IMG/VR virus record: IMGVR_UViG_2737471829_000005
Length of the DNA: 44,545 bases
DNA from: a virus
Taxonomy: Duplodnaviria; Heunggongvirae; Uroviricota; Caudoviricetes
Direction: 5' to 3' (one strand)
A program made the translations under genes and the position numbers. Positions 37,493 to 44,545 of the stretch are shown here, in pieces. A model generated the notes under the pieces. That model saw only the letters and a program-made list of their open reading frames with translations. It did no database searches and had not been told where the DNA came from. Position 1 is the stretch's first letter; the number at the start of each line of letters is the position of its first letter.

Positions 37493-37714
37493 TTAATGCT
37501 CGCGTCGTCCGGCGACAACTTCGGATTTGTATTTCAGGTCGCCCAGCAAGAATTGCAGCTTAAGCATCTTTGCCGCCGTGTAGTTCCCTGATTCCACAAC
37601 CTCTTTCATGAGGTCATAAACGGCCGCTACATCATCAGCCAGGAACTCTTTGCGTTGCTGATCAGTCGCACGTTTGAAGGAAATACGCATTACTTTACGG
37701 TCTTGTTCTTTCAT
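37493..37714 (-). CDS. Hypothetical small protein (73 aa), first gene behind leader cassette B
   Basis: ATG directly at the conserved leader RBS. Confidence 0.55.
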   Translation of the reverse strand: MKEQDRKVMRISFKRATDQQRKEFLADDVAAVYDLMKEVVESGNYTAAKMLKLQFLLGDLKYKSEVVAGRREH

Positions 37715-37823
37715 CGGGTTATCTCCGGTTTAACCAGGGCGGGTATCGCTCGGTTTCGGGTATAACATTAGGAAATTTTTTCCCACCTGTAAAGTACTTT
37801 TTATATAAATATATAATTCTATG
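37715..37823 (-). repeat. Conserved promoter-leader cassette, copy B
   Basis: More than 90% identical to copies A and C. Confidence 0.8.
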
Positions 37824-38406
37824 ACACTTGCCAGAGAGCATCATGCAACTGGATACCTCCGTTGCACTGGTTGCCCCAGCCATGCCAGCCATCAGGTAAA
37901 TCACCGCGAGCAAACAGCTCAATACGAGGAACATCACCTAACAGTCTTACCAGCTTGTCACGAACCACATCAGGCTTCCGTGAATGTTCCAGACGAGGCG
38001 ATGTAAACGACTGAATGATCCCCGCATCAAGGCGGGTCGGCAGTTTGCCTTTTACCGCAAACAAGCAATCTTCACTGTTCGCACGAGTCATATGCCCCAT
38101 CCCCATCACCAGCTTATCTGGCTGTCGGCTACCACATTTGTTCCATGTGAAGCCCTTCATGGTCATCAGCCTGAACCCCCATGCTTTCACCACCAGCAAC
38201 GCTTCTTCTGGCTGAGTCGGAACCCACCACATGGCCAACAAACACGATTCAGGATTAGCAAGCTGCCAGACAGGAATACGAGCAATCTCCTCAGCTTTCA
38301 TCGTTGGATACTTAAAACCAGCTCCACGATTCCCATCCTTACACTTGTCTTTGTATTCCCAGGGGGGATCTGCATAAATCAGATTAAACAATGCAATTGC
38401 CTCCAT
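37819..38406 (-). CDS. MT-A70 family N6-adenine DNA methyltransferase
   Basis: 195 aa; DPPW catalytic motif near the N-terminus (LIYADPPWEY). Confidence 0.8.
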   Translation of the reverse strand: MEAIALFNLIYADPPWEYKDKCKDGNRGAGFKYPTMKAEEIARIPVWQLANPESCLLAMWWVPTQPEEALLVVKAWGFRLMTMKGFTWNKCGSRQPDKLVMGMGHMTRANSEDCLFAVKGKLPTRLDAGIIQSFTSPRLEHSRKPDVVRDKLVRLLGDVPRIELFARGDLPDGWHGWGNQCNGGIQLHDALWQVS

Positions 38407-38462
38407 GTTAGTTGTGCCTCCGGCGCTTATCTCCGGCAGTCATAACGCTGGCCAGCTCTACA

Positions 38463-38507
38463 GCAAACACAACGAAAAGGGCACTAACCAGACTGATTAA
38501 TGCCCTT
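38463..38507 (-). terminator. Intrinsic terminator about 200 nt downstream of the tRNA
   Basis: Minus-sense aagggcauuaauc-agucu-gguuagugcccuu (13-bp stem, two G-U) followed by a U-rich tract. Confidence 0.5.
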
Positions 38508-38714
38508 GCCTGTTGTGTGCCGGATATCGCCCGACAACGCTGTTTTGGTAACACGGCTACAGTTCCGTGCCGCTCCAGCTTTTACCCCTTTGCGGATAAC
38601 AGGCCCTGCCTGTACTCACTAACCAACGGCTTCCCGAAATGTGCACCAGGCACGCATAAAGATGAGCACGAAGAAGTAACTCCACCGCGCTTATCTTTAT
38701 GTGTGAGGGTGAAT

Positions 38715-38790
38715 TGGTGGCCCCTACCGGATTTGAACCGATGACCGTGCGATTATGAGTCGCCTGCTCTAACCACTAAGCTAAGGGGCC
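38715..38790 (-). tRNA. tRNA with CAU anticodon (Ile2-like or Met elongator; not distinguishable by eye)
   Basis: Reverse complement is GGCCCCTTAGCTTAGTGGTTAGAGCAGGCGACTCATAATCGCACGGTCATCGGTTCAAATCCGGTAGGGGCCACCA: 7-bp acceptor stem, D-arm, CTCATAA anticodon loop, GGTTCAAATCC T-arm, encoded CCA. Confidence 0.85.
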
Positions 38791-38801
38791 ATATTTGATT
38801 T

Positions 38802-38882
38802 GTTTGTCTGGTGTGGCGCCGCGCACGAAAATCCCAGCCAATAAATTCAGGATTTTTGGGCGCGGCGGCATATCAGACAAAC
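38802..38882. repeat. Long imperfect palindrome (33-nt arms, 28/33 matching, 15-nt centre) just upstream of the tRNA
   Basis: gtttgtctggtgtggcgccgcgcacgaaaatcc / ggatttttgggcgcggcggcatatcagacaaac. Confidence 0.6.
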
Positions 38883-38929
38883 ATGGTTGATGCGTGCGCC
38901 CATGAGAAAAGCGCATAGAATGTTGTAAC

Positions 38930-38965
38930 TATATATTTATATAATTATAGAAATATATATTACTT
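38930..38965. promoter_or_regulatory. AT-rich recurrent motif copy; candidate promoter for the tRNA unit
   Basis: ctatatatttatataattatagaaatatatattac. Confidence 0.35.
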
Positions 38966-39169
38966 TCGGCAGTTGATTTCCCATGCCCTGTTATGAGCCA
39001 GAATATCTTTCTTTGTCTGGCGGTCCATAACATCGATATCGTGATCAGTCAGGTAGATGGGCTTTACCCAATCACAGGCGGTATCAACCACCACCGGGAC
39101 GCTTCCATGACTCCCGCAGCTCGCGATCAACATCGTCATCAGCCATATGGTTAACACTCTGCTGTACAT
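38960..39169 (-). CDS. Outer-membrane spanin (Rz1-like lipoprotein)
   Basis: 69 aa; signal peptide with lipobox LIASC; overlaps the 3' end of the Rz-like gene in another frame. Confidence 0.55.
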   Translation of the reverse strand: MYSRVLTIWLMTMLIASCGSHGSVPVVVDTACDWVKPIYLTDHDIDVMDRQTKKDILAHNRAWEINCRK

Positions 39170-39362
39170 TCCCCACCTCTTTTGTCACTTCTATACGCCG
39201 CTCCGCAGTGGCTTTTACGGCGGCTGCATTCTCATTAATGCGCTGCTTTTCAGCTTCATCTTCGGCCTTTTCTCGCCCCTTCATACGACCAAAACCAAAT
39301 GCGCCGAATGCAACCAATATAATGGTGCCGATAAATGACAAAACGGCTTTCAAACCAGTCAT
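39084..39362 (-). CDS. Inner-membrane spanin (Rz-like)
   Basis: 92 aa; N-terminal transmembrane segment then charged coiled region; follows the endolysin gene. Confidence 0.5.
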   Translation of the reverse strand: MTGLKAVLSFIGTIILVAFGAFGFGRMKGREKAEDEAEKQRINENAAAVKATAERRIEVTKEVGNVQQSVNHMADDDVDRELRESWKRPGGG

Positions 39363-39901
39363 ACCACCACTCGCTCTTTCATCCAGCCATAGACAAACGA
39401 CTCATTTGCTTCGCGTTTCTCCGCCAGGTCCAGATAACGGTCGCCCTGCGTACAGTTAAGGGCCGTCAGCATTACCCGTTCGCCGTCTTTTCCCCGATTC
39501 CCAAGATAAGCACGTAATGCCGCAATGGTGCGCGGGCCGATTCGCCCATCCACATCCATATCTGGATACAACTTCCCGCCACGGTTGAAAACATTCAGCC
39601 AACGTTGAAGCATCTTCGTAGCCACAGTCGGCCCCATGTTGACGCCCGTATCGCACATCTCAGCCGCAATATCAGGGGAAAATTGCGCCACCTGGTCAAA
39701 ACGAGGCCCATACCAATAATCACCTTCAAGAATCATCAGAGCCTGTTCTCGCGTCAGATCTCGCATATCGCCACGGTATCCGTGAGCACGGGCAGTATTC
39801 TGAGTGATGCCCCACATTGTTGGGCCTCCCTTGTCGTCAGGGTGATCAACATAACCACCCTCTTTTCCAAGAATGCTGTTAAAAATCTCATCTTTGGTCA
39901 T
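39359..39901 (-). CDS. Endolysin, GH108-type muramidase with C-terminal peptidoglycan-binding domain
   Basis: 180 aa; N-terminal GKEGGYVDHPDDKGGPTMWGIT block characteristic of GH108. Confidence 0.8.
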   Translation of the reverse strand: MTKDEIFNSILGKEGGYVDHPDDKGGPTMWGITQNTARAHGYRGDMRDLTREQALMILEGDYWYGPRFDQVAQFSPDIAAEMCDTGVNMGPTVATKMLQRWLNVFNRGGKLYPDMDVDGRIGPRTIAALRAYLGNRGKDGERVMLTALNCTQGDRYLDLAEKREANESFVYGWMKERVVV

Positions 39902-40220
39902 GATTAAATCCTAATGCGTCAACTATCCGCGCCAGATTGCCCCTGAAATACAGAACAACGATGCAGATAATCAGATTTCCAATAACCACCAGCCAGTGGG
40001 ATTCTTGATAAAGACCGAACACATAACGGAAGGGAACATTGGCGTATACAATGACGTAGATATAAGCCAGAAAGGAAACAAATGGACGATGCCTGGAGTC
40101 TTTCCGTCGATAAAGCATCAGCGCCATTACTATTACTGTGCAAAGCACCGCATTAATCAGTGCTGACGGGTCACTGCTTACCATTTGAACCCCCTCCACG
40201 TAAGCGGGAAAGCATTCCAA
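39888..40220 (-). CDS. Membrane protein of the lysis cassette (holin or antiholin candidate)
   Basis: About 100-110 aa with hydrophobic helices; between holin-like gene and endolysin. Confidence 0.5.
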   Translation of the reverse strand: MECFPAYVEGVQMVSSDPSALINAVLCTVIVMALMLYRRKDSRHRPFVSFLAYIYVIVYANVPFRYVFGLYQESHWLVVIGNLIICIVVLYFRGNLARIVDALGFNHDQR

Positions 40221-40566
40221 AGATGCTACCGAGATCCTGGCTGTTTACGAACGTGAGGATTTTAATGGTCAATGCAGCCACAATAACCGCACCAAGCGCA
40301 TCCAGAGGACGATCGTTGTAGCTGGTCCATTTGGCAAGAAATGAGCCAACTAACGGCGCTCCAATCACTCCAACAATGAACGATGTAAAGAAATAGCCAA
40401 TCAGCTTGAGACGGCTAATATTCACCGCTGTAGCAACATAGAAAACAGCGCCAGCAAATGCCCCGAATACAACGCCGTAATCAATACCAGTTGCAATACC
40501 AAAAACGCTGGCACCCATCAGGCCACCAGCAGCAACGGCCGTACCGGAAATTGGTTCTGCTGACAT
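40171..40566 (-). CDS. Holin-like membrane protein
   Basis: 131 aa; several Gly/Ala-rich transmembrane segments and charged C-terminus; first gene of the lysis cassette. Confidence 0.55.
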   Translation of the reverse strand: MSAEPISGTAVAAGGLMGASVFGIATGIDYGVVFGAFAGAVFYVATAVNISRLKLIGYFFTSFIVGVIGAPLVGSFLAKWTSYNDRPLDALGAVIVAALTIKILTFVNSQDLGSIFGMLSRLRGGGSNGKQ

Positions 40567-40580
40567 TGAAATCCTCGTTA

Positions 40581-40610
40581 AAAAAAAAGCCCCGCCGAAA
40601 AAGGCAGGGC
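40581..40610 (-). terminator. Intrinsic terminator immediately upstream of the holin RBS (lambda tR'-like placement)
   Basis: Minus-sense gcccugcc-uuuuuc-ggcggggc (one mismatch) followed by U8, then GAGGA RBS and ATG. Confidence 0.55.
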
Positions 40611-40952
40611 TTCATAAAGCAACAAATTACGCGGTAATCGCTTAACGCAGTTTTACTACGTTAAATGAAACACTACACCCAGTTACCACCTAAAACAAGG
40701 TTTTCTCATAAAAAAACCTTCAAATCGTGGTTAATCGATCAATAAAAAAACAATACTCAACTTTTTGCCAAACGAACATCCCGGCCAGGACTTCCATAAT
40801 ATTCGCCGATATGCCACTGCTTAAGTTGAGTAATCTTCTCCAACTTAACTCCCATAGAGTCCAGTTTCTGCCATGTTTTCGGTTGTATGTGCTTCATTAT
40901 CCGCTCTGAATATCTGAATACTGCTCGTAATCGCATGGCTTCTCACTACAGC

Positions 40953-41396
40953 TTATATATGTTCACGACTGGACTTCCAGAATATCCACGCCAGATCAAC
41001 ATTCGGGTCCTGGTAATTCATCCCTTCGTTGGCACGAAGCAATAATGTTTCATGGTCTTTATCACCCGCATGAAACCTGACAAGTGCTTCGAACTTTTCG
41101 CGACCATCATCCGGCACTACCGGCTCTGGTTGGATAGTGACGTTGGCAAAGGCAGCACGCAAACCGGCCTTAATTTCCTCTACTTCATCAGCGCCTAGCG
41201 ATGAATCTGACAATGCGTGATGGAATGCGTAAGCCATGTCGTCGTTTACTGCAACCGGCTCGACTTCCAGCGCTGCCAGAGCAATTCGTGCCAGTTCTTC
41301 CGCTTCTTCTGCTGGCAGTACAACGTTGCTACCAGGTCCGTATGTTTCGCGCCACTGCTTGATTGTCAGCAGTCGCTCTTTGGTAATAGTGGTCAT
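40953..41396 (-). CDS. Hypothetical acidic protein (147 aa)
   Basis: ORF coupled to the upstream Cys-rich ORF. Confidence 0.5.
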   Translation of the reverse strand: MTTITKERLLTIKQWRETYGPGSNVVLPAEEAEELARIALAALEVEPVAVNDDMAYAFHHALSDSSLGADEVEEIKAGLRAAFANVTIQPEPVVPDDGREKFEALVRFHAGDKDHETLLLRANEGMNYQDPNVDLAWIFWKSSREHI

Positions 41397-41602
41397 TTGT
41401 TAATCCTCAAAACTTTATGCCCGGGCGCAAAAGCACGCGTTTTGTCTTTGCTTATTCGCCAGCCATCCTTGCGCGCCTCTTTTGCACAACCAGACCATGA
41501 CGTACCGATATACTCACCGAAGTCTGGCACTGGATATACACCTTCCGTACACTGGCGGCAGTCACAATAGAGATGCATGGTGTAACTTGCGGCAATAGCC
41601 AT
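41393..41602 (-). CDS. Small Cys-rich protein (69 aa; C-x-C-x2-C ... C), possible zinc-binding regulator
   Basis: ATG at 41602 with AAGGAGA RBS; motif YCDCRQC...SGC. Confidence 0.45.
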   Translation of the reverse strand: MAIAASYTMHLYCDCRQCTEGVYPVPDFGEYIGTSWSGCAKEARKDGWRISKDKTRAFAPGHKVLRINK

Positions 41603-42028
41603 ATCACTCTCCTTTAGTGCGCAAATGGTTTTTCCAGCGGTTTTGCGCCGCGCTGGGCTTTTTGCAAAAACCACAATCCATCATCCCGTAATGTTTCATT
41701 AACCCCATCCGTCGGTTGCTGAGTCTCACCCACTGCCAGACGCCAGGAGCGTTTCTACGAACTAACAGAATCTTTGCTTTACGGTTTTTCATCGTTTGCC
41801 CCCTGCTTTTCTGCCCTTAACACCATGCGAGAACCATCATCCAGCTCCCAATTGATTTCACCGCCTTCTGCCATGACAAGATGCCAAACGAGTTGTGCGG
41901 CCTCGTTGGTTACATCACGACCGCGATCATTGCCTACACGGCGTTTTGTTCCGTCACCTAAATCGCGCATTTTGGCCAACACGATGGTTTTTGATAGCGG
42001 TGAAAAACCAAGCTGTAGCCGTGCGGAA

Positions 42029-42649
42029 TTACTCACTGTTTGCCCCCTGAATACGTTTAAACTCAATTACCCATACCCACGGGTTAGATAGCCAGTTCTC
42101 TTGCCCGTAAATACCGCGCCAGATATCACCAAAACCAACGCGATAAACAGCTTCCGGCGGTGTAATCTTGTACGTCGCCGGAGATGCGCCTTCCGCTTTA
42201 GCATCTGCCTCGCTCATGTCATGCAGCCGTTCCACACGCACGTCGATTATTTCCAACAGAATGCGGCTGGCCCAACGTGGCATGTGAATTGACGGGGTCC
42301 AGCCCTCAGCTGGCTTGCTACTATCTGAATAATCAGCCTTGTAATCACACAGTTCAGAAGCCAGAGAGACACCATCTTTGATTTCCTGAATGACATCGTT
42401 ATCCAGCCAAAAAGCGTTGAATGTTTCACGTACCCATATGCGATCACCAACGTTACCGAACGGGCATAAACCATGTTCAGGTGCATCCATAACGTGGGTA
42501 TAGACACCATTGCGTTTCTTTGTCGGTTTACGGATAACCAGGCAGTTATCGGCCCTGACATTTTTTACAGGTCGACGAGTCTGCGTCTTCCTGCCTTCGA
42601 GGATGGCCCTGACCATCGCATCATTAAAAATCATGCCGCGCTCTTTCAT
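42029..42649 (-). CDS. Conserved phage protein with ASCH-like N-terminus (MIFNDAMVRAILEGRKTQTRR)
   Basis: ORF track 42029-42721; start moved to an internal Met to remove overlap with the upstream gene. Confidence 0.45.
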   Translation of the reverse strand: MKERGMIFNDAMVRAILEGRKTQTRRPVKNVRADNCLVIRKPTKKRNGVYTHVMDAPEHGLCPFGNVGDRIWVRETFNAFWLDNDVIQEIKDGVSLASELCDYKADYSDSSKPAEGWTPSIHMPRWASRILLEIIDVRVERLHDMSEADAKAEGASPATYKITPPEAVYRVGFGDIWRGIYGQENWLSNPWVWVIEFKRIQGANSE

Positions 42650-42654
42650 CTTGC

Positions 42655-43020
42655 TCACTTCAACTCCTCCCGACGACGTTCCTGAAGCTCTAGCATTGCG
42701 GCTCGGAAATCCTGCCACCATTCCTCATCTGCAACGGGGGTGTTCCGCTCCAGCACCTTGTCCGCATCGGCGATCAGGTTTGCCAGACTCTTGTCTGAAA
42801 TCTTCGTTACCGGAGTCGTTGGTTGCTCAACCTGCCCGATAGGTTTTATCGTGCTCAAAAGGAGGCGACGGCGGGAAAGTGGTGCCCCACAACGACGGCC
42901 ATCTTCCTTGCGATATGTTTCTTTCGGACCAACACACCAGGTTGTCGGCGTTTCGCGCAACTTCACTCTTTTCTCACCATCATTGGTAATGATTATTCCG
43001 GTATGGGTTTGGATGCTCAT
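42655..43020 (-). CDS. Hypothetical protein (121 aa)
   Basis: Coupled (ATGA overlap) to the upstream winged-helix gene. Confidence 0.5.
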   Translation of the reverse strand: MSIQTHTGIIITNDGEKRVKLRETPTTWCVGPKETYRKEDGRRCGAPLSRRRLLLSTIKPIGQVEQPTTPVTKISDKSLANLIADADKVLERNTPVADEEWWQDFRAAMLELQERRREELK

Positions 43021-43319
43021 GCCACAGCCCCTCTCAACGGCTTAACTTTGGCTAATAAGGTGTTAAACAACATGGAGTTAGGGTTCATGCCAAATGGCAA
43101 TTCCGGTTTAGCGGAGTAGTACAGGCAACCATTTATTTTCCTGGTTGTTATCTGTCCTTCGGCAACCATGCTTCTCAGTCTGCAACGCATAGAGTTCTGC
43201 GACACACCAATGTGCTCCGCGATTACGTCCACTTTTGAACATGGGTGATCGGTCAGGAAATTAATCACATCTTGGGGGTTAATAATTTTGCGTTTCATTG
43301 TCGAGGCGTCCTTATACAT
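43017..43319 (-). CDS. Winged-helix / HTH DNA-binding protein, first gene of an operon headed by the AT-rich motif
   Basis: 100 aa; DVIAEHIGVSQNSMRCRLRSMVAEGQI resembles MarR/GntR-like wHTH. Confidence 0.55.
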   Translation of the reverse strand: MYKDASTMKRKIINPQDVINFLTDHPCSKVDVIAEHIGVSQNSMRCRLRSMVAEGQITTRKINGCLYYSAKPELPFGMNPNSMLFNTLLAKVKPLRGAVA

Positions 43320-43345
43320 TTATATAAATATATAATTCTATATAC
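43319..43345 (-). promoter_or_regulatory. AT-rich recurrent motif copy upstream of the winged-helix operon
   Basis: tttatataaatatataattctatatac. Confidence 0.4.
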
Positions 43346-43365
43346 GGCGGGAGACATCCCGCCGT
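43344..43365. other. Perfect 9-bp stem hairpin downstream of the DUF3560-like gene; terminator candidate without a clean U-run
   Basis: acggcggga-gaca-tcccgccgt. Confidence 0.4.
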
Positions 43366-43375
43366 AGGCTTACTG

Positions 43376-44443
43376 TCAGGCTTTCAATAGCGATTCTTTC
43401 AGATATCGGGCATCAGCCAGGGCATTTGGAGTAATCTTGCGAACCCATGCATTACGGGTTGGACTCCACTTAAAGGCGCGTGATTTAAGCAGCGAACGAA
43501 TGTTTGCCTCTGGTTTGCCAGGGAAATAAAACAGGATGCGGTTATCCTCTGGATCTATCTCCATAGAAAAGTCGTCGTATTCTTCGCGCTGTGCTCCTGT
43601 TACAGACTTGACCGATTCAAGCTCCTTAATACGGCTCTGTAGTCGTTTGATCTCGGCGTTATTGTTGCTCAGTACGTATGAAGGGAATCCGATGCGCCCA
43701 CAGAAATCTCCGGCCAGTAACTCTTTGGCTTCGCTTTCTGTAAACCTGAGATCGATTAATGCAGAAAGCACCTGTAATTGGTCTTTTTTGTATTTGCGAA
43801 TGGCCTTATTTGCGGCCTTCATTTTGACGTGTGACTTCATGCAGCCTTGCAGCTTACGAAGCAACTTAAATAGCGCATCAGGATCATCAGACGAAATTCC
43901 ATTACGACCAACACCTGCGGCTTTGCTCTCGTAGTGTGATGCTTTACTTTCGCATTCAACAAACGCTTTTCTTAATAACGCATCAGCTTTAGACAAACGG
44001 CGGCGATGGCCTTTCGCGCTATAATGGTCAACTAAAATCGGCTGGCCTAACGGGATCACATCCAACAGGTCATGCGCTCGCTTATGCGCTACCGCACCTT
44101 CTTTTCTGGCTTTTTCTGCACGAGCAATATATCGGGCAAGACGCGCGTTCTGGCGTTCCTGATAGGTGTTTACGTAATCATCTCCGCGCTGCTGCTGTTC
44201 AAGCCATGCTTTGCGCAGATCTTCTGTTACGTCCACCAGCTCCGCAGGGATACAACCAGTTTGGGCTTCATAAGAGTAACCATCCTCATAGATACGCCCA
44301 TCATCTTCAACAAAGAAAAAGGTTTCGTGCTCATCGCTTTTGACCATACGACCATTAACATGGCGTAATAGGTAGCCAGTATCAGTGCTTAACAGGCTGT
44401 TAGGGTTGTTGATCCAGTCAGAAATAATTACTTGTTTATTCAT
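43376..44443 (-). CDS. DUF3560-like protein (355 aa), single gene behind leader cassette C
   Basis: LGQPILVDHYSAKGHRRRL and C-terminal FKWSPTRNAWVRK resemble conserved DUF3560 blocks as recalled. Confidence 0.55.
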   Translation of the reverse strand: MNKQVIISDWINNPNSLLSTDTGYLLRHVNGRMVKSDEHETFFFVEDDGRIYEDGYSYEAQTGCIPAELVDVTEDLRKAWLEQQQRGDDYVNTYQERQNARLARYIARAEKARKEGAVAHKRAHDLLDVIPLGQPILVDHYSAKGHRRRLSKADALLRKAFVECESKASHYESKAAGVGRNGISSDDPDALFKLLRKLQGCMKSHVKMKAANKAIRKYKKDQLQVLSALIDLRFTESEAKELLAGDFCGRIGFPSYVLSNNNAEIKRLQSRIKELESVKSVTGAQREEYDDFSMEIDPEDNRILFYFPGKPEANIRSLLKSRAFKWSPTRNAWVRKITPNALADARYLKESLLKA

Positions 44444-44545
44444 CAGATTTCTCCGGTTTAACCAGGGCGGGTATCGCTCGGTTTCGGTTATAACCTTAGG
44501 AAATTTTTTCCCACCTGTAAAGCACTTTTTATATAAATCTATAAT
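44444..44545 (-). repeat. Conserved promoter-leader cassette, copy C; its promoter end is cut by the window end
   Basis: More than 90% identical to copies A and B. Confidence 0.8.

Noticed and set aside
38715-38790. tRNA as a remnant of an integration attachment site
   Set aside because: The tRNA is full-length with an encoded CCA, and no tyrosine or large serine integrase is present. The only recombinase is a small invertase. A phage-borne tRNA gene fits better.
41761-41820. Apparent frameshift or stop in the displayed sequence at about 41760 and 41820 relative to ORF-track translations
   Set aside because: The displayed line 41761 appears rotated by one base against the sequence used for the ORF track (an extra a at its start, a missing a at its end). 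This is taken as a formatting inconsistency, not a pseudogene, and ORF-track coordinates are used.
41604-42066. ORFs 41604-41792 and 41779-42066 as additional genes between the ASCH-like gene and the Cys-rich gene
   Set aside because: Start codons and RBSs are unconvincing by eye. One or both may be real small genes, but support is too weak to call them.

Overview
The window reads as a near-complete temperate phage-plasmid-type replicon with a mosaic build. It carries a ParA/ParG-like partition pair, an immunity-like region with an antirepressor, a HigB/HigA-like toxin-antitoxin pair, and an IncFII-family RepA replicon with a DnaA-box origin and a candidate CopA-like antisense RNA. A Cin/Gin-family invertase sits beside a ~3-kb invertible tail-fibre segment flanked by 73-bp inverted repeats. 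The long minus-strand late region combines a P2/Mu-like contractile tail with a lambda-like head and packaging module. Upstream of that are three ParB/Srx-like proteins, one fused to a SAM methyltransferase, plus an MT-A70 methylase, one tRNA with a CAU anticodon, and a lysis cassette. The most unusual signals are three near-identical ~105-bp promoter-leader cassettes in front of unrelated accessory operons, intrinsic terminators placed inside operons, and the ParB-like/methyltransferase cluster. All calls come from reading the sequence and ORF track; no database search was run, so family names are from recalled motifs. One line of the displayed sequence (41761-41820) is offset by one base relative to the ORF track; ORF-track coordinates are used there.
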